Shown here: one piece after another, positions 39,361 to 49,288 of the stretch | Numbering within the stretch: position 1 is the first letter of the stretch | How the letters are laid out: each line of letters begins with the position of its first letter | From: Promethearchaeota archaeon | GTDB lineage: Archaea > Asgardarchaeota > Lokiarchaeia > Sigyniarchaeales > SOKP01 | Direction of reading: 5' to 3' | NCBI GenBank assembly: GCA_048941265.1 | Contig: JBHLNT010000007.1 | Coordinates: 12,433-76,432 of the forward strand | Length of the DNA: 64,000 nucleotides | The notes under the pieces: model-generated | The model's database searches: none | Seen by the model: the letters and a program-made list of their open reading frames with translations, nothing else | What the model was told of the DNA's origin: nothing | Program-made: the position numbers and the translations under genes

Positions 39361-39526
39361 TTTAAGATCTTTTCTTTATGATTTACAATGAAAAATCTTC
39401 AATTTTTTAACAAGTTTTTGATTCAAATATTTTTTAGTTCACTAGTTTCTTGAAAAGAGTATTATATTTAATATTCTTATAATAAATATAAATTATCAAA
39501 GTTAACACTATAGAGCTTGATATGCA

Positions 39527-40639
39527 ATGAAAAGAATTATTTTAAATTTCGAGCAAAAAACCAGTGATTTTAAGGAATTAATACAAGAAGCTTTTAACAA
39601 AGATATTCTTAATTTTATGGTTTCCAAGGAAACTTATCCCGAGCTTGAAAAAGTTGAGCGTGTAGAGATCTATTCTAAAAATTTAGAATTAAATCCGAAA
39701 TTTAAGATATATGAGAATAAAGCAAAATTATTTGAAGAAATAGAAAAAAGAAAGGGTCAAAGCAACATAGGGTTCTATAAGGAATTAAAAACAAAGACAG
39801 ATGAACAAGAAATTGTAGAACTTTCTAAAATGGGATATGTCGATTTCATCATTGTTTCCGCGAATGATTGGAAAATCATTCCTTTTGAAAACCTTATAGC
39901 AGAAATGCATTCAAATGAAACTGACTTAATAGCTGAAGTCGATGATGTGAAAGACGCAGAGTTAATGTTAAAAACACTAGAAATTGGAGTTGATGGAATT
40001 TTAATGGCTCCGACTGACGCAAATGATATTGTGGAAATAAAGAAACTTCTCTATACCGGATTTCATATTGAATTAACAAAAGCGAAGATATTTAGTATTC
40101 AAAGTATTCCTGAAAGCGAGAGAGTATGTATAGATACCACATCATTGCTTCATATTGGAGAAGGTTTTCTTGTTGGCTCAACAGCCGCTGGTTTTTGTTT
40201 AATTCATTCTGAAACATTTGAAACCCAATTTGTTGCCTCAAGACCATTTCGTGTCAACTCGGGTGATGTATCAGCCTATGTTTTGGTTCCTGATGATGAT
40301 CCACAAAAAGTTTACCATACAAATTATCTAAGCGAATTAAAAGGAGGTAAGCGGGTTTTAGCTGTAAATTATAAAGGTGAAGCTCGAATAGTGTCTGTAG
40401 GACGGGTAAAAATAGAGACTCGACCAATGTTAAGATTCGAGTTAGAGGCAATGAAAGGAGATAAGAAAATTCCCATAAGCTGTATCTGCCAAAACGCTGA
40501 AACAATAAGGTTAGTAGATCCTAGTGGCAAAGCTAAATCTGTAGTTGATATTAAGGTTGGAGATGAAGTGTTAGTTCATATTGGGCCTGGTGCAACTCAT
40601 TTTGGGACTGCGATTAAAGAGACGATATTAGAGAAATAA
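39527..40639 (+). CDS. 3-dehydroquinate synthase II (archaeal AroB')
   Basis: DWKIIPFENLIA, RVCIDT, LVGS, RPFRVN, VGRVKIETRP, QNAETIRL. Confidence 0.93.
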   Translation: MKRIILNFEQKTSDFKELIQEAFNKDILNFMVSKETYPELEKVERVEIYSKNLELNPKFKIYENKAKLFEEIEKRKGQSNIGFYKELKTKTDEQEIVELSKMGYVDFIIVSANDWKIIPFENLIAEMHSNETDLIAEVDDVKDAELMLKTLEIGVDGILMAPTDANDIVEIKKLLYTGFHIELTKAKIFSIQSIPESERVCIDTTSLLHIGEGFLVGSTAAGFCLIHSETFETQFVASRPFRVNSGDVSAYVLVPDDDPQKVYHTNYLSELKGGKRVLAVNYKGEARIVSVGRVKIETRPMLRFELEAMKGDKKIPISCICQNAETIRLVDPSGKAKSVVDIKVGDEVLVHIGPGATHFGTAIKETILEK

Positions 40640-40833
40640 AAAACACTAGCAGCTAAGCCCAAAACTTAAAAAGGAGATCAATCAAATTTGGATTTCTTAT
40701 CTTGCCGGGGTCATATTTCCTCGAAATCGTCATAACCAGACATAACAATTGCGGTACAGTTATAGACAAGAATATTATTGAAGAGCAAAATTCTCTTTAA
40801 AGAAAAAAAATATCTTCTTTATTTTACAACTTT

Positions 40834-41289
40834 TTACTCTTCATACACAGCACTTGTAGTATCACTTTCTTTTAATCTTATTATAATCTTCTTATTATCA
40901 TATATCTCTTTTAATTTATCATGAATATATTTTGCTAGTAATTCAGTTGTAGTAGCACGGATAGGAAGAAATACTACATCTTGACGAGGAAAAACATATC
41001 TTTTATTAGCAGTTTTAACTTCAACCGCCTCTCTATTTTCGATTATATGTAGGTCTGAGGCATTTTTTGGTATTAACACATAATGATCCATTTGTTTTAT
41101 GATTGATTTTAGGTTCTTTTTAAGTTGAATGAAATCTTCTACAAAGAAATCTTCGTCTAAATCACTATTCAGTTCAATGGAAACATAATAATTATGACCA
41201 TGTAGTCTCGAACATCTTTCAGGTCTTTTTAGGAAATGACACGCACTAAATTTTATTTCTGGAGTATCAATAATAACTTTAAATCCCAT
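40834..41289 (-). CDS. queD: 6-carboxy-5,6,7,8-tetrahydropterin synthase
   Basis: FSACHF, CSRLHGHNY, MDH, TTELLA. Confidence 0.88.
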   Translation of the reverse strand: MGFKVIIDTPEIKFSACHFLKRPERCSRLHGHNYYVSIELNSDLDEDFFVEDFIQLKKNLKSIIKQMDHYVLIPKNASDLHIIENREAVEVKTANKRYVFPRQDVVFLPIRATTTELLAKYIHDKLKEIYDNKKIIIRLKESDTTSAVYEE

Positions 41290-41460
41290 AATTGATAAGA
41301 CGATGGTGTTAGTGCTATCTAAATTACCTAAATATGAATACTATTTATTTTTAATACTTTTGTGTTTTAGAATATTAAATTAATTAAGATTACTGTTTTA
41401 GAGATTAGAAAAATAAGAAAATTTGTTATTTTTTTAAATTATTTCCCTAAACTATATATA

Positions 41461-43074
41461 TTGGTTTTAAATAATGGATTAGAGACAGACATGAAAAAAC
41501 TTAAAAAATTAGCAATCACTGGAGCTAATGGTTATCTAGGAGTTCACACTATAAAGATAGCAACCAAAAATAATTGGATTGTTAATGCCATAATTCGACG
41601 AGAAGACGTAATTAAGGACATATATGAACTTGGAGCGACACCTTTTATAGTAAAAGATTTTGAGATAGAATCTTTAAAGAAAGCATTTATTGGCTGTAAA
41701 GCAGTAATTCATTTTGCAAATGTTGTCTGTGGGAGTAAGGAAGTTTTTGAAGCGATTAATGTTAATGGAATGAGAAAAATAATTCAAGCATGTTTAGAAA
41801 CCGACATTAAAAGAATTATTTATCCATCAGGTTTGGGAGTGGATAAATATGGTAATTATGAATGGGCAAATAATGATTACTTTAAAAGTAAAAAAATTGC
41901 TGAACAATTACTCATTGATGGAAAAGTCCCTTATATTATATTTCGTCCGTCATATATCCTAGGACCTAAAGATGAGTTAATTCCAGAAATTATAAGTCAA
42001 ATAGTTAACGGTATGATATTAATCGCAGGAAATGGTGATATTCCAATGCAACCTATTTACGTAAAAGACGCTATTCAAGCATTTTTAGCTGCCGCTGAAG
42101 GAATTGGTGAGAATAATAAAATATATGAACTTGTGGGACCCAAAATAACAAATATGATAGAATTGACAGATTTTATTTATCAACAGTTAATAAATCAAGG
42201 ATTTAATATTCCACCTCCTAAAAAGGAATTCATTCCATATGAGGAAGCTCCATTAAAATTGAATATCTGCAAAGAAATGGTTGATGTGATGAGATGTGAC
42301 CTAACGGTAGATTATACTAAAACCCCTCAAGCTTTAGGATTTAATTTATCTTCATTAGATGAAGCAATAGAAGCTGCAGTCACTGAAAAAATGTTTCCAA
42401 AAATAAATCCAAATAAGAAAAAAGCAGTTATTTTACTATCTGGAGGATTGGATTCAACTGTTGCTCTTTTTTGGGCTTTAAATCAACAATATGACTTATT
42501 TGCCATAACAATAAATTATACTAATAGACCACGTAAAGAAATTATTGCGACTAAAAAAATTACGGACTTATGTAAAGTGAAGCTTCTTGAATTACCGTTA
42601 TCATTTTTAAAGGATGCAATTGATTTACGTTGTGAGGGATTTCCAATACCGTCTGCTGTCAATGCTCCTGAAGGATATATTCCTTTACGAAATCTGATAT
42701 TCTATTCAATAGCAGCCTATTTTGCTGAAGCTCTTGCATGTAAATATATAATTGGAGGACATATCTCAACAGACTCAAAAATATTTTCAGATGCTAATGA
42801 ATCATTTTTTAAATCAATTGAAAAAGTGGTTAATCAATCTAAACACTCTAAAGATAATAAATTCACCAAATTTATCTTTCCGTTGATCACTATGGATAAA
42901 AGGGATGTTATTCAATTAGCAAATAAACTGAATGTGCCTATAGAATTGACATGGAGTTGCTATCATGATTTTGATAAACCTTGCGGAAATTGTTTATCTT
43001 GCATAAATCGAGAAAAAGCACTTAATCAAAATAATTATAATCATAATGGTAAACCTGAGAAAAAACTTAAATAA
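41461..43074 (+). CDS. queC: Fusion of an atypical SDR/NAD(P)-binding oxidoreductase (aa about 11-310) and 7-cyano-7-deazaguanine synthase QueC (aa about 318-525); likely start ATG 41491
   Basis: TGANGYLG, YFKSK, RPSYILG; then AVILLSGGLDS, YIPLRNLIF, TWSCY, PCGNCLSC. Confidence 0.85.
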   Translation: MVLNNGLETDMKKLKKLAITGANGYLGVHTIKIATKNNWIVNAIIRREDVIKDIYELGATPFIVKDFEIESLKKAFIGCKAVIHFANVVCGSKEVFEAINVNGMRKIIQACLETDIKRIIYPSGLGVDKYGNYEWANNDYFKSKKIAEQLLIDGKVPYIIFRPSYILGPKDELIPEIISQIVNGMILIAGNGDIPMQPIYVKDAIQAFLAAAEGIGENNKIYELVGPKITNMIELTDFIYQQLINQGFNIPPPKKEFIPYEEAPLKLNICKEMVDVMRCDLTVDYTKTPQALGFNLSSLDEAIEAAVTEKMFPKINPNKKKAVILLSGGLDSTVALFWALNQQYDLFAITINYTNRPRKEIIATKKITDLCKVKLLELPLSFLKDAIDLRCEGFPIPSAVNAPEGYIPLRNLIFYSIAAYFAEALACKYIIGGHISTDSKIFSDANESFFKSIEKVVNQSKHSKDNKFTKFIFPLITMDKRDVIQLANKLNVPIELTWSCYHDFDKPCGNCLSCINREKALNQNNYNHNGKPEKKLK

Positions 43075-44503
43075 ATTTGGGTTTTTTATCTTGCCAAGGA
43101 GCGATTTCTTCAAAAGATTTTGAAACTTGTAATACGGTTAATTCGTCAAATTGTGGTCCTATAATTTGCATCCCTATTGGTAAACCATCTTTTGACCATC
43201 CACATGGGATTGATGCTGCGGGATTCCCTGTCATATTAAATGGAAAGGTAAAAGGCATCCATGAAGTAGGTCCTACTCCCTCTCCATTTATTTCAGGAGG
43301 GAACATCATTCCTAACTCAAATGCAGGGATTGCTACGGTAGGTGTTATTAAGATATCATACGCGCTAAATAATTTATTAATTTTTTCGTAAAATTTAATA
43401 CGTATATCCATGGCTTTCATAATGCTTAAACCAGAATAAGTCATTCCAGCATTAATCAGTTTAAGGAAATCGGGGTCCATTTTTTCTCTCCATTCTTCTA
43501 GATAAGGTTTATAATTATAAGCAAAACTCGCGGTATATAGTGTAGTAAACGCTAAAAAAGGGCTTCTGATTTTGAGTCTTATAGGTTCTACAGACCATCC
43601 TAATCCTTCGAATTTTTGAACAGCATTAATAACATTTTTCTCAACATCGGCATCAATTATTTTTGCATACCCAAGATTTAAAGTATAAGCTATTTTGAGT
43701 TTATCTGGTTTTTCTCTAATTTTAATAAAATAGCTAATATCTTGCTTTGGTAAGCAAGTTCGGTCCAAATAATATGGACCTTTTAAAACATCAAGCATTA
43801 GAGCAGCATCTTCGACATATCTAACTATAGGACCTTTTTGTGTGAAATAAAATGACACACCAGTTTTTGGATAATCTGGAACTCGGCCATATTGAGGTTT
43901 AATCCCATATACTCCACAAAAACTCGCAGGATGCCTTATACTACCCCCTCCATCTCCACCTAATGCTAATGGACTAATTCCACTTGCCACTGCAGCTGCA
44001 GCGCCACCACTTGATCCTCCGGGAGTTCTATTTAAGTTCCAAGGATTTTTAGTTGGTCCAAAAATTTTATTATCCGTAATACCAGCATACCCAAACTCAG
44101 GCGTATTAGTTTTTCCTAAGATTACGACACCTGCTTCTTTCAATCTAGTCACACAAAGCCCATCCTCTTCGGGAATAAGATTTTCAAAGATTTTACTTCC
44201 AAATGTTGTTCGGATTCCTTTAGTTAAATTCAAATCCTTAACTGAAGTCGGTACACCATGTAAGGAGCCTAATTTCTCACCTTTTTTAACGCTATCATCG
44301 GCCTTTTTTGCCATTTCTCTAGCTAAATCAAAAGTGGGAGTACAATATGCATTAATTATAGGATTAATCTTTTCAATTCTTTCTATAATTGTTTCAGTTA
44401 TTTCTAAAGAAGTGAGTTCCTGGGTTTTAATTGCTTTAACTATCTGGGCGGCAGGCATAAGGCAAATATCTTCATTATTCATATTTTTAGATCTCTTTAG
44501 CAT
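43067..44503 (-). CDS. Amidase signature family enzyme
   Basis: VKD, GKTNTPEFG, PGGSSGG, GDGGGSIRHPA, GLPIGMQI. Confidence 0.92.
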   Translation of the reverse strand: MLKRSKNMNNEDICLMPAAQIVKAIKTQELTSLEITETIIERIEKINPIINAYCTPTFDLAREMAKKADDSVKKGEKLGSLHGVPTSVKDLNLTKGIRTTFGSKIFENLIPEEDGLCVTRLKEAGVVILGKTNTPEFGYAGITDNKIFGPTKNPWNLNRTPGGSSGGAAAAVASGISPLALGGDGGGSIRHPASFCGVYGIKPQYGRVPDYPKTGVSFYFTQKGPIVRYVEDAALMLDVLKGPYYLDRTCLPKQDISYFIKIREKPDKLKIAYTLNLGYAKIIDADVEKNVINAVQKFEGLGWSVEPIRLKIRSPFLAFTTLYTASFAYNYKPYLEEWREKMDPDFLKLINAGMTYSGLSIMKAMDIRIKFYEKINKLFSAYDILITPTVAIPAFELGMMFPPEINGEGVGPTSWMPFTFPFNMTGNPAASIPCGWSKDGLPIGMQIIGPQFDELTVLQVSKSFEEIAPWQDKKPKFI

Positions 44504-44669
44504 TAATAGAATATATTAAAAATAGATCTAATGTAGTATAAATAATTACTTGTTGAGACTTAATTGATTTTCTTAAATTTTCAATAAAATTAAATTCATG
44601 ATTTGACTATAAAAGATAATAATATTTAATAAAAAGTATCATAGCTAATTTTTAATAGCCAATTTTATT

Positions 44670-45953
44670 ATGACAACATATTGGGCCCCTTTACTTCATA
44701 TTTATCAACCTCCAACTCAAGATATTAAAATTTTGCGGGAAATAAATAAGGACTGTTATAAACCCTTATTTTCCGTTCTTGAACAACATGATAATCCGAA
44801 ATTTACCTTGAATATTAACGGAGTGCTTATTGAGATGTTGTATGAAATCGATTTAGGCGATACAATGGAACAACTAAAAAATCTAGTTTCCGAAAGCAAA
44901 ATTGAAATAGTGGGTACGGCTAAATTTCACCCAATTCTCCCATTAATTCCTAATAAGGAAATTTATCATCAAATTCAAATGAATGAAGAAATAAATAGAA
45001 AAGAATTTGGGAACATCTGGGAAAAAAAGGGTTTCTTTCCACCTGAATTAGCAGTCTCTTCTGAAATTACAAGAATTGTACGTGAACTTGGATATAAATG
45101 GATTTTACAAAGTGGAATCGCTTGTCCAGTAGAAGAAAAGGGAGTTGATTGGCCATATAATAAAATTTATAGGGCTCCAAATGGACTCCAATTATATTTT
45201 CGAGATGATATACTTAGTAATAAAATATCTTTTAAGAAAATCACAGCTCAAGAATTTATCAAAGATATAAAGATAAAATATAAAGATAAAAAACAAGATT
45301 ACAAAAATAATACATATATATTAACAGCAATGGATGGTGAAACTTTTGGGCATCACATTAAGAACTATGAGAAAATGTTTTTAGGTAAAACCTTAGAATT
45401 GCTTACAGAAAAAGAGGGGATTGAAACAATTTTCATCTCTGATTTAGATCAATACTTCCCAGTTGCTAAAAAGGAGATTATACCAAAAGAATCAAGCTGG
45501 AGCACTTCCTATCAGGATATCTTAGATCAGATCCCATATCCATTATGGAAACATCCTGATAATAATATTCATAAATATTACTGGAAAATTGTCAAAAGTT
45601 TAAATGAATTAATAGATTTAGCTGATTCTTTGGATTTAACAAAAAAATGGGAAATAGAAAATTATTATAACACCGCTAGATGGTTTTATGACAGGGGACT
45701 TCATTCCTGCCCTACATGGTGGGCAAATCCTCAGAATGGGACATGGAGTCCTAATTTAATATACAATGGATTAGAACTTTTATTAAAAGCAGCTCTAAAT
45801 GCTCAAATGGCTTTAATTTATGCTGGTAGGGAAGATGGAGATTCAAATTTTGATTCTATTTCCTACTATCATGGTCTATTATTAATGGAACTTTATGCTA
45901 TTACAAAAAATAATATTAAACATCGAAAAAATCTCAATAAAGAATTAGAATAA
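44670..45953 (+). CDS. Glycoside hydrolase family 57
   Basis: HIYQP, HPILPLI, FFPPE, DGETFGHH, SSW. Confidence 0.88.
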   Translation: MTTYWAPLLHIYQPPTQDIKILREINKDCYKPLFSVLEQHDNPKFTLNINGVLIEMLYEIDLGDTMEQLKNLVSESKIEIVGTAKFHPILPLIPNKEIYHQIQMNEEINRKEFGNIWEKKGFFPPELAVSSEITRIVRELGYKWILQSGIACPVEEKGVDWPYNKIYRAPNGLQLYFRDDILSNKISFKKITAQEFIKDIKIKYKDKKQDYKNNTYILTAMDGETFGHHIKNYEKMFLGKTLELLTEKEGIETIFISDLDQYFPVAKKEIIPKESSWSTSYQDILDQIPYPLWKHPDNNIHKYYWKIVKSLNELIDLADSLDLTKKWEIENYYNTARWFYDRGLHSCPTWWANPQNGTWSPNLIYNGLELLLKAALNAQMALIYAGREDGDSNFDSISYYHGLLLMELYAITKNNIKHRKNLNKELE

Positions 45954-46088
45954 GGAGTATCTGTGCATCAAATAAAATACATACATAAACTATATAATCT
46001 AAAATTCACATAATAAATAAAATAAAAATTGTACTAATTATTTATCATAAACTATTTTTATTGATATTACCTTAATTTTTAACAAGCC

Positions 46089-47195
46089 ATGTCTGAAAAA
46101 AACGATAATCTAGTTAAATATTGTGTATATTGTGGAGCTAATGTGGGAAAAGGGCAAGTATATTGTCCAAATTGCGGAAAATTAGTTATAGAGATAAAAG
46201 AAACAAAAAGAACAATCCCTCATGAACACGAATCAGAAAAAATATCAACTAAAACAGCAGGAATTTCGAGGAAATGTCCTAGCTGTGGTTCTATAATCAC
46301 GTCTACCGTGTTAGAACAATGTCCTATTTGTAATACCTTATTGGAACCAATTCCAGAATCTCTAAAAATAAGAACTGCTAAAACGGGATTCGTTTTTACG
46401 CGTGAGAAACTTGAACCAGAAATTAGCTATGTTCTTAAAAAGGATGCTTGGAACTTAAAAGAAGGACTCCATGTTTTTACTACAAGTTTATTAGTCTATA
46501 TCATTACTGTTTATTTTTTTTTAATCATGTTCGCATGGTCTCAATTAGGGCTTGATAATGAAACATCAACAACCGAAATTCCTTTTAACTTAATTCTTTT
46601 AAGTCAAATTCCAGGAATGTTACTCGGAGTCTTTCCGTTATGGTATATTAGTACTAAAAAACATTCTTTTAAAAAATTGGGCTTTCCATCTGATAAAAAG
46701 AAAATACTGTCTGCCTTTATTATAGGTTTATTAGGATGCCTTGGTTTAATTGTTATAAATATATTCTCTAATTTCATAAATGCCATATTCTTTGAATTAG
46801 GATTGGATTTTTTTGATATTCAAGAATACTTGGATATGGAAAGCAACGCTATTCGTAGTGGTGGGATCTGGGTGTTAGTATTGCTATTTGAATTAATCAT
46901 AACTTCGATTTCTGTAGAGATATTATTTAGAGGAGTATTACATAACACTTTAAAGGAAAGATTTGGAGCTGAGAAAAGCAAAGGGAGAATTATAACTATT
47001 TTAATTGTTGCGTTGGCTTATTCTCTAATTTATTTATTATTTTCCTTTCCGATAGGAATCTTTTTCATAGTTTCAAATTTTTTGATTTTTATGTTTCTTG
47101 GTTTTCTTTATGAAATAAATGGAAATATTTATAATACAATTATTGCCAGTGTCTTTTATAATATCGTTCTAATTATTATGATTCTTTATTTGTAA
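46089..47195 (+). CDS. Zn-ribbon protein with C-terminal degenerate CPBP (Abi/Rce1-like) membrane domain
   Basis: CVYC..CPNC and CPSC..CPIC; VEILFRG in place of EExxFRG; His motifs absent. Confidence 0.75.
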   Translation: MSEKNDNLVKYCVYCGANVGKGQVYCPNCGKLVIEIKETKRTIPHEHESEKISTKTAGISRKCPSCGSIITSTVLEQCPICNTLLEPIPESLKIRTAKTGFVFTREKLEPEISYVLKKDAWNLKEGLHVFTTSLLVYIITVYFFLIMFAWSQLGLDNETSTTEIPFNLILLSQIPGMLLGVFPLWYISTKKHSFKKLGFPSDKKKILSAFIIGLLGCLGLIVINIFSNFINAIFFELGLDFFDIQEYLDMESNAIRSGGIWVLVLLFELIITSISVEILFRGVLHNTLKERFGAEKSKGRIITILIVALAYSLIYLLFSFPIGIFFIVSNFLIFMFLGFLYEINGNIYNTIIASVFYNIVLIIMILYL

Positions 47196-47336
47196 TTCTT
47201 TTTATGCAAAATCTCATGTTTTGTAATAAATATATAAATTTAATAATTAGAAAAATAAACTATCTCTAAGTATTATTAATACCATTGGCAATTCTAATTT
47301 ATACGACATAATTTATAACATTTGGAGAACTGAGCG

Positions 47337-48059
47337 TTGAGTAAGACTTTTTATAGAAATAAGGGGAGTAGGGATAATATCGTTATTTCTATAGCTGGGG
47401 CTCATGGTGTTGGAAAATCAACGATTTATAATAAATTAAAGAAAAATTTGGAAGATAACAACAAATTTAAATTCTTTCCAGAGAGATATAAAAAAATTCC
47501 CCCATTTCCTTTTGGTTCTTCTAATAAACAAACTGCTTTTAGAAGCGAACTTCATTTTCTCCAACAATTAATGAGGAGAAATAAAAGTCTTTTGAATTTT
47601 GATGAAAAATACAATGGAAGAATAATAATATTGGATCGCACTCCCATATGTGTTTTAATCTATTCAAAAAGTTTGAATTTAAAAGAAAAAGATTATCAAT
47701 TAATTCTCGATACATATAACTCAATTGAATGGAAAGAAGATTATATCATTTATTTGACTGCTAAACCAGACACGATTTTAAAAAGAATTATTCAAAGAGG
47801 CTCTTTAGAAAAAATCAGGAGGGAATGGAATGAAACTGAGAAAAAATATCTATTAACTATTCTTTCCTATTATAACCAGTTTTTATCCACAGAAGGCATT
47901 AAAAATAAAGTATATACGATTGATACAGATCAAATGACTCCTGAAGTTGTTGTGGAAAAGATTGAAAAAATAATTGAAAATTTGTCTGGACATTCATTTA
48001 AAAAGTCGTTTAAGCCCCCTACAGCTCAAATGAGTATAATTAAGTTTTTAAAAGAGTAA
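47337..48059 (+). CDS. Deoxynucleoside/nucleotide kinase-like P-loop protein with C-terminal PIP-box-like motif
   Basis: GAHGVGKS, LDRT, IYLTA..RIIQRG lid; C-terminal QMSIIKFL. Confidence 0.8.
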   Translation: MSKTFYRNKGSRDNIVISIAGAHGVGKSTIYNKLKKNLEDNNKFKFFPERYKKIPPFPFGSSNKQTAFRSELHFLQQLMRRNKSLLNFDEKYNGRIIILDRTPICVLIYSKSLNLKEKDYQLILDTYNSIEWKEDYIIYLTAKPDTILKRIIQRGSLEKIRREWNETEKKYLLTILSYYNQFLSTEGIKNKVYTIDTDQMTPEVVVEKIEKIIENLSGHSFKKSFKPPTAQMSIIKFLKE

Positions 48060-48172
48060 AAATAAAATCGATAATAAAATATATTAGGATATTTTTTTAC
48101 ATTATACTTAGAGTAATTAATGTATATTTCGAATATATTTTAACATAAATATAAAGAATGAAGTAAGGAAAA

Positions 48173-49177
48173 ATGTCAGATCTCGCGGATGATATTCGAT
48201 TAAATATGATGAATATTTTAAAAGCAGAAGAAGCAAAAACTGACTTGGATAACCTTTCAGTGATATCAAGAGTAGGCATGAAAGTAGCCTCAGCAAATTC
48301 TGCAGAATTGGATGCTGATGCAACCTCAGCATCAAGCACCGCATTAATAGACTTAGGTTTAAGACTTGCAGAAGCGACAAATCATGGTGATTTGAAAGAA
48401 ATTGTTTTACATAATAAAAGCGGATATTCAATTTTGATGGCTGTGAATGATGAGTATATAGTCTTCGGTGGTTTGAAAACTGTATATCGTATCGGGTATT
48501 ACTTAGGATATTTAAGAGAGTTAGTGAAAAAATTAAATATATTAATTTCTGGAGGTGAAATTAGTGAAATGGCACTTTCCTTACAAGAAGAAGAATTGGA
48601 GAAGATAAAAAAACAAAAAGAAGAAACTGAAGCAGCTCAAATAGTAATACCTTCTATTGAACAAGATAGACAAGCGATGGATGAGTTGCTTGGATTCTTA
48701 GATGACTGGGATAAAGAAGAAAAAGAGGCAATGGGGGTGGAAGATTTTGAAGATCTAGAAACAAATAATATTGTCTCAATTCCAAAAACAATGGCGATTG
48801 GAATTTCCAAAGATGATGAGATGGTTACTATTCCAGAAGAAGTGATTAGAGAAGTCCAAAGAGAGGATGAAACACAATTTAAACTATATGAGGATGAGGT
48901 CCCTCCCATTCCACTCGAAGACTACACTCCAATGGAAATTGAAGATCAATCCTCTCAAGAAACACCTGCTCAAGTCAGTGAATCATACCCTAAAACTTCA
49001 GATTTAAGTCAAGCTGCGGAATTTCCCAAGACTGATCAAATTCCCTCGTTTGATGACCTTAAGCCTCCCGATTTTGAGTCAACTGCTACGGAATATGATA
49101 CTGAATTTGTGTTAGAAGAAGAATCAGAAGCCTTAGATTCGGTTTTAAAAGATCTTGGATGGGAAGAAGATGAATAA
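48173..49177 (+). CDS. Roadblock/LC7-domain protein with long acidic tail
   Basis: VISRVGMKVAS, SASSTALIDLG, LKEIVLHNKSGYSILMAV; D/E-rich C-terminal about 190 aa. Confidence 0.8.
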   Translation: MSDLADDIRLNMMNILKAEEAKTDLDNLSVISRVGMKVASANSAELDADATSASSTALIDLGLRLAEATNHGDLKEIVLHNKSGYSILMAVNDEYIVFGGLKTVYRIGYYLGYLRELVKKLNILISGGEISEMALSLQEEELEKIKKQKEETEAAQIVIPSIEQDRQAMDELLGFLDDWDKEEKEAMGVEDFEDLETNNIVSIPKTMAIGISKDDEMVTIPEEVIREVQREDETQFKLYEDEVPPIPLEDYTPMEIEDQSSQETPAQVSESYPKTSDLSQAAEFPKTDQIPSFDDLKPPDFESTATEYDTEFVLEEESEALDSVLKDLGWEEDE

Positions 49178-49288
49178 TTAATTACTTAAATATTTTCAAC
49201 TAATTCTGATAAATCATTTTTTCTCGTATATTATAAATAAAATAAAGTTAATTAAAAAAGAGCTAAAAAAAATCTAATTTTAAAAAGT

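Noticed and set aside
40690-40745. SECIS-like pattern on the minus strand (ATGA-N11-AAA...GA) downstream of queD
   Set aside because: Helix II pairs poorly, and queD has no in-frame TGA; its upstream frame is closed by TAG
43067-44503. Amidase as GatA of the Glu-tRNA amidotransferase
   Set aside because: No gatB or gatC nearby, and it lacks the GatA-type DEFAMGS and SDTGGSIRQPA context; called a generic amidase
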